Origin: Callorhinchus milii
Lineage: Eukaryota
Length of the DNA stretch: 64,000 nucleotides
Direction of reading: 5' to 3'
Assembly (NCBI RefSeq): GCF_018977255.1
Contig: NW_024704742.1
Coordinates: 64,358,001-64,422,000, forward strand
The notes under the pieces were generated by a model, which was given only the letters and a program-made list of their open reading frames with translations, was not told where the DNA came from and did not search any database. The translations under genes were made by a program, and so were the position numbers. This document shows, in pieces, positions 39,100 through 51,721 of this stretch. How positions within the stretch are numbered: position 1 is the first letter of the stretch; every line of letters starts with the position of its first letter.

Positions 39100-39505
39100 G
39101 CATCAGCTTGGCTCAGTTGATAGCACTTTTGCCCCTGAGTCAGAAGGATATGGGTACAAGCCCTACGTCGAGCCTGTGAACTCACATAGTCTAGACTGAC
39201 ACTACAATGTGCTGGAGGGGTGAAACTTTCTTGGAGGTGCTGTTCTTTAGATAAGATGTTAAACTGGGGCACCATCCTCCTGTTCAGGTGGACATTACAG
39301 ATCCCATGGCGCTTTTCCTGGCCAACAATCCCCCAAATAAAATTGTTCATAGCTGTTTGTGGGACATTGCTGTGTGCAAATTAACTGCCGTAGACTCCTA
39401 CAAAAATTACAGTTACTACATTTTAACAGCATATGCTGTAAAGCATTTGAGAGATCTTCCCCACGTGAAAGGTGCTATATCAAATATAACAATTATTATT
39501 ATTAC
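39100..39505 (+). mobile_element. Older SacSINE1-like Deu SINE; other copies at about 29449-29820(+), 56245-56660(+), 37190-37632(-), 18720-19050(-), 59835-60215(-)
   Basis: Head tcagcttggctcagttg.tagcac..gcc.ctgagtcagaagg, body ggaggtgc.gt.ctt..gat.aga.gttaaac, then the Deu core. Family name is from recall. Confidence 0.7.
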
Positions 39506-40009
39506 TACATTGGAATAGTCCCTTGCTCAATACCACTCGAGTAATCCACTCAAGACTGTCAACTCTCGCACTGTAAATGGGCCACGCTGTATCAAAGCAC
39601 ATTATATTATTCTGTGAAGTGCTTTGAGACATCTCAATGATGTGAGAAGGTGCTATATCAAATGTAAGGATTATTAATATTATAAAAGGGGCCCGACAGT
39701 ACAGTGAAACCCATTTATTCCATGGAAAAATTAAGATACAATACATTGGAATTATTTTAACACTTGCTAGAAATATGGGATCTACCATCTGAATATGCTT
39801 ACACGTATACATGTGCTGTACCACCTGTCCCCAGTGCTACATAGAGGGGAATTGACAATATAGATGCTACATTTCTCTTTCTCTCTCTCTATTTTCTCCT
39901 CCATATCATCTTCCCAGTACCAAAAAAAAGGATCATGCTGTACAGACTGGAAAAGTCATGTGTTGTGAATTATGAATGACACGTCCACTTCCCCCAGTGT
40001 ATCACAAGA

Positions 40010-40430
40010 TTGGTTTGGATGAAGAAGGCTCTTCGGCCTCTCTGATCTCATCCCTCCAGGACACCCACCCTACCATCCGCCCCATCACAGTACTAAGTGC
40101 TTTTTAGGTCCAGTGTCCTGGCCTCCACCACCCTTCCCGGCAACCTGTTCTTGTCGTTGATTACCCTCTGAGTAAAGAAAAACTTCCTAGTGTCTGTCCT
40201 GAAATTGCCCTTTACAACCCTAAACCTAGGTCCTCTTTCCTACTGTCTTGGTGCAGCCTAAAATATTGAATTAGGTTTACCTTTTCAATCCCATTTAAAA
40301 TTGTATACAGCTCTATGAGGTCCACTCTGAGTCCTCTTGTCTCAAGACTGAAGAGCATTAGTTTATCTAGACGTTGCTCATAGGTCAATCCATAACACTG
40401 TGGATCATTCTTGAATCCCACCCTTCCCAA
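40010..40430 (-). mobile_element. Decayed CR1 LINE 3' fragment
   Basis: Minus ORF contains GLTYEQRLDKLMLFSLETRGLRVDLIELYTILNG. Confidence 0.8.
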
Positions 40431-41010
40431 TAAATTGATTAAGCACCCAGCAATGATTTATTTTTATCATGTGACAATCACCAAAAATATTAATTTTTTT
40501 GTTACTTATTTTTTTTAAATTTCCTAATCTAAACACGTTATGAAGAGGTTGCTATTTCTAGCGAGCGGTGCATTATACATCCCACTGATAATGCAGAACC
40601 CTGACACACAAAGTTCTGGTCCTGTGTTTTACCTACAAGTGCATGTTTATCTTCATTCCAACCCCAGGAGTGTTCTGATGTCCTGTGAGAATCACCAGCA
40701 CTAGACCAGGTTCAACCGGAACAGGTTCCCTGCTAACTCCGATTCCTTATCAAGAAATCCCCTTAGAAATCTGTTGCATGTTTAAACGCCCAAATTAGGT
40801 GCATCAACAGATCCTCTCTCTTCATTTTAATCTTAAAAAGGAGGCTAGGACATTTTTTGAAAAGCATTATTTCAAAACTCAAAATCACCCTAGAATAAAT
40901 TCCTCTGGCCCTCCCTCTCGCTGATGAGTTTTGTTTGGTCAGCCAGGAGTGTGACACATGCAGAAACCCATCACTGTACTTAAAGAGTATTGAAACCAAA
41001 CTGAGCAGTC

Positions 41011-41056
<46 letters not shown>

Positions 41057-41418
41057 ACCTACACATGGAGATTTCCCCTTGTCTGGAATGGAATGCACAC
41101 TCTCTCCCCACAGACACTTACCCTGCTTACTCAATCCCATAGAGTATTAGGTGCCGGTTTGGAATCAGACAAGGCTTGGGGACACCAGAGTATGTGTTGG
41201 GGTACTGCTGGAGTCTAACCAGCTAAAATTGCACAGCTTTACCATACCAGGCTTCCCCCTGCTTGTCCAGCTAGGACCACCCACCCATTTAGGCTTTGGC
41301 TTGCGGGGTTGCCCAGAATCTGAGTGAGAATAATCCCCGTCCCCAGCGAGATACAGAAATAAGTGCTGGACACGGCAGTTTCTTCGTGCCGCTGTTACTC
41401 TATACTTCCTATATTAAC

Positions 41419-41538
41419 CTGGTAGCACTGGCCGCAATCCAAAGGGTCCTTTAGTTGGAGAGATGCCTCTGACGATGCAGTCAAATAGTAAACTGATCTG
41501 CTCTCCCTCAGCACAAGACAGAAAGAAAACACCGGCCC
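41419..41538 (-). CDS. DOK7: DOK7 exon 5 (WAGVFFLSCAEGEQISLLFDCIVRGISPTKGPFGLRPVLP)
   Basis: 120 nt, acag|GG...CCAG|gttaat, phase 1 to 1. Confidence 0.97.
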
Positions 41539-42629
41539 CTGTCATAAAAACAGAAAGCAGCTTGTTATTCAGGCAGCCTGAAAAGCACTTCAAAATCCTA
41601 ATGATCACGTAACAGTAGCACAGCTCAATGTGCTGAGTGTAACACCAGTAGAGTGAATAATTTGAAACAAAGTTCAAATATACTTGCGTCAGGTTACTTC
41701 CCTGTTACTTTTGGAACTGGAACTCAAGACAGAAACACAGAGTTAAAATGATGTTGCGCTGAGCAATGACTTCTGTTTGTTGGAGCTGTAAAGTGATCTG
41801 TAAAAAACAGCTCCCACACGCATTAAATCCAGACGTCTCTGGGTAAGATGCTTAAACAGGGTTTCACAGTGAGCCTGTGCTGCTATATTCACCCACAAAA
41901 CATCCAGGACTGCATTTTATTGCGTGTCCTGTGAAGCGCTTTGGGATGTCCTCCTGATGTGAAAGGGGCTACACCAAATGTAAGGATTACAACAACAACA
42001 AATTACATTTGTATAGCGCCTTTCATGATGGGAGGATGTTCCAAGGCGCTAGAGAAGTCAAATTTGGATCCGAGCAGGGGGTTGGCATCAGGAGGGGTGG
42101 AGGGCAGGGAGACTAGGGGTAGGAGAGTGACCGAAAGTGCAGTCTAAGAACAGGTGTTGAGAGGGGTTTGAAGGAGGCAAGGGAGGGAGCGAGGAGGAGG
42201 GACTGTGGGATGGAGTTCCAAAGGGTGGGAGCAGTGAGGTGATTATATAAAATACATATATTTATATACATTACATGTTTACAGGGAATTATTAATCACT
42301 GGGTTAACTAGAATTCAGCAGTCTTATTCTCAATGAGCATCTTTCAAAATTGGAATTGGAAAGATTTGGTCAGTGTAGGTGCAGCTGGCAGCACACTGAG
42401 TCAGAAGGTTGTGGGTTCCAGCCCCCACATTGGAAATATTTCTTCCAATCTTCATTTGCTTTCCTACAAAACTGGGTTCAGCATTAGCCACCCATATACT
42501 CTCAGATCCTAAGACTGTAATGTCCCTGCTCCAACGGCTTTAACCCTGTTCACCCTGTAAGTAAGTACTCGGAACTTGAAGAATACATGGAATGTGTTTC
42601 CGCAATTCCAAGCATCTGTTTCCAGCTGA

Positions 42630-43170
42630 AGGGCAGGGCTGTGAGGATAAGCCGGTGAGAGCAGGCCGGTGGGGGGAGGGTGTTGGGGGCAGGGTGATGG
42701 GGGCAGGGCTGTGGGGGCAGGGTGGTGGGGGCAGGGCGGTGGGAGCAGGGCGGTGGGGGCAGGGCGGTGGGGGCAGGGCATTGGGGGCAGGGCGGTGGGG
42801 GCAGGGCGGTGGGGGCAGGGCGGTGGGGGCAGGGCGGTGGGGGCAGGGCGGTGGGTGCAGGATGGTGGGGGCAGGCCTGTGGGGGCAGGGCTGTGGGGGC
42901 AAGGTGGTGGGGGCAGGGCTGTGGGTGCAAGATGGTGGGGGCAGGGCTGTGGGTGCAGGATGGTGGGAGCAGGCCTGTGGGGGCAGGGCTGTGGGGGCAG
43001 GGCTGTGGGGGCAAGGTGGTGGGGGCAGGGTAGTGGGTGCAGGGCGGTGGGGGCAGGGATGTAGGAGCAGGGTAGTGGGGGCAGGGCTGTGAGAGCAGGA
43101 CGGTGGGCGCAGGGTGGTGGGGGTAGGGCGGTGATGTAGGGGCAAGGCTGTAGGGTAAGCCGGTTGGGGT
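42630..43170. repeat. G-rich minisatellite, about 15-bp unit GGGGCAGGGC(G/T)GTGG
   Basis: Tandem units are directly visible. The 15-bp period explains the six overlapping Pro/Gly-rich ORFs. Confidence 0.95.
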
Positions 43171-44324
43171 AGGGCCATAGGCATCGCCATAGGTAATAAA
43201 TGTCATTTTACCATTCAGGGTATTTTGTAACATATAAACTGATGGGGAAAATCCCCACCAGCCCCTAGGATTTCCTCCACAGTCATTTCGAAATTCCCCA
43301 CCAGTAACTTGCACTTCCATAATAATAATAATAATAATAATAAAGGTAATGGTGATTTTGTCAGCAGTCACCATTTAGGCAGGAATTACGGAATTTTAGG
43401 CAAATTTTACATAATATTATTTGATACACTATATGATTATTATTTCAATCATCCTAAGGTTTGAAACAAAATACATGAAGCATCGCTGCATCTGTAGCAA
43501 TCTGTTTTCAATGCTTTTGAATGTGGGATAAAAGTGCCCCTTTGAGTTCAGTCCCCACCAGTGACAATTCCTTAAAACATGCTCTGTTACCATTAATGAT
43601 CATTGGTTTAGCAAAGGGAAGCAGTGGCAGCTTTTCTGCACTCAGCAACTTCAGTAAAATCCAAGGTGGAACGAAAATAGTCATTGAGAGGACAAATAGC
43701 TAGCTGTATTAATAAGTGCTGTATTAATAATAAATCCTTGCATTTGATACAGCGCCTATAACATCAAAATGTCTCAAAGTGCTCCACAAGGAATTGCTGC
43801 AAAGTGAGGTGGCTGCGTATTTGTGGGTGAATGCAGCTGCCAATCTGTAGACTGCAATATTCCGCAAACAGCCATGAAGTGAATGAGCAACGTTTTGGAA
43901 GATGGTTAGCAGGGACACCAGGAAAAATTCTCTTCCTTTTTGAATAGTGTCATGAGATCTTTAACCCACAGCACTATTCCAAAAGGGAAGAGAATTTTAT
44001 ATCTACCTGAACAGGCAGAAGGCCTCTTAGCTTAACATGTCATTAAAGGCAGGTGCCTCCAACAATGCAGCAATAAACAATAATAATAACCTTGTATTGA
44101 AGGCTTATTATGTTGTTGAGACATCTCAAAGTGCTTCACAGAATATACTGTAAAGTGGGTTGACTATATTTTGTGGGCAAAACTGTACTCTGTGACCTAA
44201 AATTCCCAATATGGAACTCGAACCAACAACTTTCCAATTTAGAGCCATGCAGATAGCTTTCATGCAAGAGTAATAGAAATAATAGCTTTGCATTATTTAT
44301 GTGGCATCATTCATATGAAATATA

Positions 44325-44501
44325 CAGTAAACACCTGATAACTTGACCGTGGCTTAATTTGTCACTACCACTAAGTCATCATGCTGTCAATATCCTGGCT
44401 GCATTTATTTATGTATTTATGTATCTGTCTACCTCGCCACTCCTGATAACTCGTCGCTGACCCCTTTTCCCTTGCAGTGACGAGTTATCAGGAGTTTACT
44501 G
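44325..44501. mobile_element. Tc1/mariner-pogo (Tigger-like) MITE
   Basis: TA|CAGTAAACACCTGATAACT ... AGTTATCAGGAGTTTACTG|TA, with one mismatch in 19 bp and a TA duplication. Confidence 0.8.
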
Positions 44502-46594
44502 TACGTCTTAAAGTCAACTTTTAAGGTACATGGCAACAGCATGTCGAAATAGACAAGATAGTGATTTTCAACTTAAAAGTCTTAAAACCATATTATAACT
44601 ATACATGAGTTGCAAAGATTACGATTACTAAGTAGTTGAAATTAAGAGTATTATTATATCATAAGGGACTGGCTTGTTTGTAGTGGGTTAGAGAGGGAGG
44701 ATGGGGCAGGACTGTGGTGGGGTGGGGGGCTGCGCGGAGAGGGAGTCAACACAAGGACGTGGATCTGAAATAGAAAAATAAAATCATCAGATCACAAGAT
44801 AAGTTTGGATGAAGAAGACCCTTCAGGCCATTTGATCTCATCCTTCCAGAACACTCATCCTGCCATCTTCCATCACAGCATCAAGCACCAGTGCCCTGAC
44901 CTCAACCACCCTCGCTGGCAATCTGTTCCAGTCATTGAATGCCAAACTCCAAAATAATGACACTGATCCAACACGCACAGGTCAAGAGGTTATTTTGAGC
45001 TTAAGATAAACAAGCAAATTTGATCTCTTTAAAGTGCCAGTCCTTTGATGTCAGCTTTGATCCTTTCATCTGACTGTTTACAGACCTACAATTAGCAGCT
45101 ATTTCATAAAACTATAATCAAAACAATTCTGTTTTCACACGCCTCTTTATGTAGGACAGGTTTTACTCCTGGGCACAGATGAAGAAAATACACAAAATAC
45201 AGAGTCAATTCACTTTACAGTATATTCTGTGAAGCACTTTGAGACGTCTCAATGACGTGATAAGGCGCTATATCAAGGATTATTATTATTAAGAAGAAAG
45301 CTTCATGACAGTCAATGACTTTGAGATGAAAACAAAGTCATTTGAAGCTTTGTGACTGCCGCTGATAAATGTGGGAAATTAAATTGACCCCAGTGATAAT
45401 TATTTCCAGTGCTTTTCGTCTAGTGTTTAATGAGTGTTTGGGAGCAAACAACCTTTCTGCCCTCCCCCACTGAAATTTCAGTGTTGCTGACTGGGCTATT
45501 GCAGAACGGATCGATTTAAGGATCCTCACACTTCACAATTCACTTCAATTCCAGCGTCTCCCTGCACATCCCTCGTGCCCTCCGCTCCACCATCAGTGGA
45601 CGTGCATTCAGCAACTGTGCCCGAAACTATAGCACTCGCTGCCTCAATTCTTTTCTCCTACCCCCCCCCTTGCGAGTCTTCAGATCACACCTGAAAACCT
45701 ACTCTTCAACTGTGCCTATGGTCACTTCTCTGGCTCGACGTCAAGATCCACCACCATGAAGTGCTCCGAGACTCTACCCCAAATGATGGGTGCTATATAA
45801 CAAGCTGTTGTTGTTTAGAGGTGGTCCTAGTGAAGAGGGCAAATATTTTCCAAATATTCGAAACAGGACGACCAGTGACCAAAATCATAGTAGGATGCAG
45901 CTCTACCACAATATTTTCAATAGGATTGTTCTGAAGAGTCTGGCAATGGAGCCATCCGACAGAATCTTCAATCCAAAGCTAATTCTTCAAAAGAAGAACC
46001 TTTGATCAAGCCAAGAGATTTAGATACTAACATTTCTGGCTTGCCAAAAATAATTCTCTTATTTTAGAACAACACTAGTACCCCATCTCTAAACAACAAG
46101 AAAAATAATTCTCTCATTTTAGAACTGCTAAGTAAACAGGCAAGTTTCCTTACTCCACACACCTCTGTTTACCTATCAGAAAGTAGGACCCCAGTTGTTA
46201 ATCGATTGGCAGACCGTTTTTCTGAGGATAATAATCCCTTTAAAAAAATAAATAAAATGTAATAATAATTTTGTCACTCAATCCACAACTGTTTGTGGGA
46301 CACTGCTGTGTGCAATTGGCTGCCTGGTTTTGCCCACAATATACACAGTCAATTCACTTTACAATATATTCTGTGAAACGCTTTGAGATGTCTCAAACGA
46401 CGTGATAAGGAGTTATATTAAATGCAAGGATTGTTATCATTATATTGTTATAGAACAAGCCAGGAATTCCAAGTGAAAGCTTTGAAAGCTTTCAAAAGAG
46501 ACAAGTTGATTCTGAATAGTTTGGTCACCTTCAATTGTTTGACTGACTGTAGATGTTCAGCTGCGTGATATTGTAATACATTCCAGGTACTTAC

Positions 46595-46795
46595 AAGGAC
46601 CGCACCGGGAACCTCCTTCAAAAACAAAGCCATTGGGAATAGCTCCATAGCGTCTCATGTCTGAGAGCTTCCACTGCCCGATGATTGTTGGCGGAACATC
46701 TCGCACCAGCACAAAGATATTGTTACAGAAGTGAAGAGTAGCAGGTCCACATTCCAACTTGGTGCCGGGTAACACCGTCACGTTAAATCTGTGAA
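46595..46795 (-). CDS. DOK7: DOK7 exon 4 (VHRFNVTVLPGTKLECGP...FEGGSRCGP), IRS-type PTB domain
   Basis: 201 nt, tccag|TT...CCTT|gtaagt; contains the WKLSDMRRYG PTB motif. Confidence 0.97.
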
Positions 46796-47028
46796 CTGGA
46801 AAAACAACGTAACACTAAGGTCATGATTGCTGACTCTAAAACAGTTAAAACAACTAATAAATACATATTGCAAATTACAAATAATTAATAATCCATGTAT
46901 TTCACATCAGGAGAACATCTCAAAGTGCTTCACATGAAAAGTGCAATACAAAATGCAAGGATTTTTATTACTTTTATTATTATAAACACCTCTCAAAGGG
47001 TTACAGTCGAAACCAAATTAGAAGTTAC

Positions 47029-47259
47029 CTTCTCCAAGGCTGTAGCGGATCCGGATATCCCAAGCACACATGATTTCCTTGTTGTCTAACCCCAGGAGCA
47101 CAGTTTGTCCAAGACAGATGATGGCGAGTACGTGATTCACACCCTCCAATGATAGCCCAGGCTCCAGGCCACATATGTCTTCTAATGTCACACTATTCCT
47201 CTCCTTGTGTCCTTTGGTCTTCTCAGATTTGTCCTTGAACACCAGCATTAACAAACAAT
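47029..47259 (-). CDS. DOK7: DOK7 exon 3 (DCLLMLVFKDKS...WDIRIRYSLGE), PH domain
   Basis: 231 nt, ttcag|AT...GAAG|gtaact; lies within ORF 47018-47284. Confidence 0.97.
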
Positions 47260-47358
47260 CTGAACACAAATGAAACAGCATCAAACAGAATCAGATTCTA
47301 TTACATTTCTTTAGAAGTTTTGATTCCTCACAGGATTCTTCTTTTGGGGAGAACCTGT

Positions 47359-47680
47359 GGAGTCCTGTAGCTCAGTGGTTAGAGCACTCGCTTTGCAAGT
47401 GAGAGACCTGAGTTCAATTCCAGGCAGGTCAGGGCGAAACCTTGGGCAAGTTTCCTTACTCCACACATCTAATAATAATCCCTCCAAAACAAAAAACAAT
47501 AAAATTGGTCATTTTCAATCTAAGACTGTTTGTGGGACATTGCTGTGCGCAATTGGCTGCCGCGTTCGCCCACAAATATACAGTCAATTCACTTTACAGT
47601 GTGTTCTGTGAAGCGCTTTGGGACGTCCTCCCGACGTGAAAAGCGCTATATAAATGCAAGGATTATTATTATTATTATTA
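47359..47680 (+). mobile_element. tRNA-derived Deu-domain SINE, short variant
   Basis: A box (TAGCTCAGTGG), B-box-like GTTCAATTCC, Deu-like core tgtttgtgggacattgctgtgcgcaattggctgccgcgtt, L2-like tail and (ATT)n. Confidence 0.88.
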
Positions 47681-47979
47681 ACCCTCTTTATCTATCTTTA
47701 CATCCCACCTTAAAACATTCCCCTCGCTCCGAGACTCTATTCTGCGTGAAGGGTACTAAATAAATGCAAATTGTTGTCCTTGTAAAGCGCTCCTCTCTAC
47801 ATAAAGAGTGCTAAACTGTATAAATGCAAGTCATTGTTGATGCTCTCCATAGTTTCTAAAGCTTTCTCACTCATACAAAAGATTTCTGCACTTACTGAAC
47901 AAAATGCAGCCAAACCAGTGCAGCATATGGAAACACATGATTATTAACTAAAATTATTAGTACATTACATAAACAATGT

Positions 47980-48317
47980 GGAGTCATGTAGCGTAGTGGT
48001 TAGCATGCTCTCCTCGCAAGCGAGAGGACCCAGGTTCCGTTCCCGGGCAGGGTGAAACCTTACGCAAGTTTCCTTACTACGCACTCCCCTGTTTACCTCG
48101 CAGTAAAGAGGAACCTGGTTATTAGTCGATTGGCGGATTGTTTTCCGGGGGTAATAATTCCTCAAACAAAATGTGGTCACTCAATCCAGGTTTGCGGGAT
48201 ACTGCTATACACATTTTGCTGCCACAAAATATACAGTCAATCCGTGAAGTACTTTGAGACATCTGAATGACATGATAAGGCGCAATATCAAATGCAAGGA
48301 TTATTATTATTATTATT
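47980..48317 (+). mobile_element. Same SINE family, long variant; other + copies at about 20660-20965, 46130-46445, 49283-49623, 52385-52668
   Basis: tRNA head, then gcaagtttccttact..ctgtttacct.gcagtaag.aggaacc body, then atcaaatgcaaggattattatt tail. Confidence 0.85.
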
Positions 48318-50836
48318 CATAGTGAGATTCTAATTGAGGAAAAGTGATCTTCCCTCCGGACTACAAAAGCAATTCATAAGCACTTAGTAAAAATACTGGA
48401 GATAAATACTGTAGTCACGTCCAGTGTGTGCAGTTCATAAAGGATATTTGACTAAGATTGATGAGAAGGATTCTATTACACAAGGGTTGATGAGTCTCAC
48501 TAACTCACGGGTGACAAAGTCAGGACTGCACTGTGTGATCCTACATGGAAGCAGTATCTAGCCACAATGCTATTGACTATTGTGTTTCATAGTTTATTTG
48601 GGTTTAAAAATTAATAATCCTTACCTTTCACTTTGAAAGAATATCTCTAAACTGCTCACAGGATGTACTGTTAAGCTGTAAGGACTGTGTATTTTGTAGG
48701 CAGATGCAGTAGACAATTTGCACACAGCATCTCCCATAACAACCATGATGTGATTGAAAATTTTTATTTGGGGGGTTTTTGGCCAGGACATCGGGCAAAA
48801 CTCCCTTCTCTTTTGGAACAGTGTAATGGGATCTTTAACCTCCTTCTGAACAGACAGAGGTTAACATCTCAATGACGTGATAAGGCATTATATCAAATGT
48901 GAGGATTATGATTATTAAGTACGACATCCCCAAAACTGTACTGGAGTATCAACCTTGCTTACGATCAAAGTCCCAACATGGGGTTACAACCCACAACATT
49001 CTGACCCAGAGATGAGAATGGTACCAACTCAGCCAGGCTGAGAGAAAATAAAATTTTAACGATTATTTTTATGTTGCATAGAAATGGTTCCAACTGTGAG
49101 AGGACCCACATAGATATAGATAAAAACATAAAGGTTCAGAACCACACATCACAGTGGAGCGACAATAAATTGACATTCTTGTTCATAATACTTCAAACAC
49201 CGAAGATCAAAGGTAACATGAAAAGAAGAGTGAGATTCAACAACAACTTGCATTTATATAGTAGCATCTTTCACACAGGATAACATCCTGTATCATATTG
49301 GTTAGAGCACTCGCCTCGCAAGTGACCTGGGTTCGAATCCAGTCAGGGCGAAACGTTAGGCAAGTTTCCTTACTCCACATGTCTCTGTTTATCGAGCAGT
49401 GAGTAGGAAGCCGGTTGTTAGTTGATTGGTGGAATTCCGAGGTAATGATCCCTTCAAAAATAAATAAATAATAATAAATAATAATAATAATGTGGTAACC
49501 CAATCCACAATTGTTTGTGGGACACTCGTGTGGGACTATACAGTCAATTCACTTTACAGTATATTCTGTGAAGCGCTGTGAGATATCTCGAAGACGTGAT
49601 ATCAAATGCAAAGATTATTATTATCTCAGAGTGCTTTACAAAGGGGGAAAGTCTGAAATGGTCATAGGCATGGTCGAATAGGTTTTATTGTGGGACCTGA
49701 AGATAGAAGAGAGGGGTGAAATGGAAGGCTAGGAGTTCCAGAGCTAATGTCTGAGCCTTGGAGGTAGTTAACCATAAGAGGTCTGCTCAGGCCTGATATT
49801 AGATGGTATGTGTGGGGCCCAGACAGTCAGTCATCCGTTAAGCCACACAGACCAACTGGTTGCAGGTTGGAATCATAGTACTGAATTAGCTTAGCTCAGC
49901 TGTTGTGCCACTACGACAGGGCTGAGCAACCTTGGGTTCACAAGAGGAAAGCACGTTAGGGATCCTACACCCTTTTGCTGGATGATGTATGCTGGGACCA
50001 GGCGGTGAGGACAGAGTTGTGTTCACCTGTGATATCCCCTGTGGCCAAATGACTTGCCAGCTCTCAGAGTTCCCATGTTCCCATATGTGTGAGGTAGTGG
50101 GGTCATACCCCAGGGGAAATAGAAATAGAGTCAAACTTATACTAGAGAGAGGCAATAAATAGAAATAAAAAGAAACACAGATTGTTTTGTAATTCTTGTT
50201 TTTTCCTAATGATGCCTCGACAATATAGTTAAAGAAATGTTTATTTTGAATATTTAAATTTTGTTTTTTTAAAAGCAACCGTCATGGATCATGAAAAAAA
50301 AGTGCAAATTATTATATGATTCTTATTTTCAATGTATTACATTCGCAATGCAGCTCATTTCACTAAGCACCCCATGCAAAATGAAATGTGTGCTGTGATT
50401 TACAGCAAATGTTTTGCAATTGACTGCAGGAAAAAGAGTGAAAATGTTTATTTTAATAATACAAGTAGCCATTAATAATAATAATCCTTGTATTTGTATT
50501 AGCCATCCACGACCTTGCTCCTCTTTGACCTGTTAACTCCATATAGACCTGTTCTCTTCCTCCGCTCAGCTCCATGTCCCCTGCGCAGCCCGCCCCACCA
50601 TCAACAGTCGGACCTTCAGCCTCTCTGCCTTTGGAACTCCATCTCACAGTCTCTTAGCCTCCTTCCCTCCATCTCAAGATCTTCTTCTTCGACTGCACCT
50701 TCATCGACCCCCCTATCCCTATCCTCCCTGCCATCCACTCCTCCTGATCCTAACCCCTGCTTGGGTCCAAAACCTTGACTGTCCAGTGCTTTGGGACATC
50801 TTCCCAATGTGAAATGTGAAAGGTGCTATACAAATG

Positions 50837-51721
50837 TGTTAGATTATAGAAGTTGTAGTCTAATAATAATGAACATTAAACAAATGTAGAATGGAGAAAG
50901 TACTGACAGGCATGGGATAGGACACATCTGGTTTTCTCTGTTTTTGAAAGAATAACAGGACAGCTTTGGAATAGGGCAGAGGGTCACCTCTTATCAGTAA
51001 ATGACAACAAGCCCACAGAGGTAATGGTCCAAGGTAACGGTCGACACAGGATCTCGACTTAGCAATAAGTCGCTAGATTCTGACAGGGCGTGCCAAGCGA
51101 CAGAAGGCAACCCTCAAGAATAGCAACTAATGAGCAAATTGCTTAAACTAGAGGACCTTGGTACCATCCCGGGATACTGTTAAGAAATAACCAGTCACTT
51201 AAAAGGAATCCACATAATAAAATAACAAGCACCAGATACAGCCCTAAACTGATCAATCTCCTATCTTAGACAGGAAAAAGGGAAGACCTCGTGGAGACTC
51301 AGTCAGGTGGCACCAAGCCAAATGATTGATTAACCTGAGTACGTGACTGTATCAGAAGTGGGTAGAGGGGCCCTAGGAAGGACAAGGCAGTAGGTCGACA
51401 AACCGCTGAATAAGGCTAGGTAAAATACGAAGTGATTGGATATGTAAATACGGGATGTAATGGCAAGTCAGGCGACTGACTATAAGTAGCCGAAAAGAGA
51501 AGTGGAAAGCAGTCCGGAACGGTGCCAACAGACGGTGATGGAAGATCGAAAGCCTGAATAACTGAAGCAACTAAGAACCCTGTTCCAGACTCGCAGCGCT
51601 CAGTCTAGCGGCGTTGACAGTTGACTGCTGAAATAAGCGCGCTTCAATGGTATTTTGATTGAATAAACTTGGCTTAACAGATTTTACCTAAACAGATTGC
51701 TAACCTTTTTGATATCTAACA
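50837..51721 (+). mobile_element. Solo LTR, 885 bp, with a 4-bp target-site duplication
   Basis: Starts TGTTAGAT and ends ATCTAACA (8-bp inverted termini, TG..CA). Flanked by AATG on both sides (50833-50836, 51722-51725). AATAAA at 51662. It interrupts an L2-type tail (tatacaaatg|taatttgttgttg). Confidence 0.85.

Noticed and set aside
42509..43374. Six overlapping Pro/Gly-rich ORFs of up to 274 aa
   Set aside because: Artefact of a stop-free 15-bp minisatellite that is open in all frames on both strands.
47359..47430. tRNA-like sequence with a TGC (Ala-like) anticodon loop, also at 47980 and 63661
   Set aside because: These are SINE heads: they continue into the SINE body, vary between copies and lack a proper acceptor stem.
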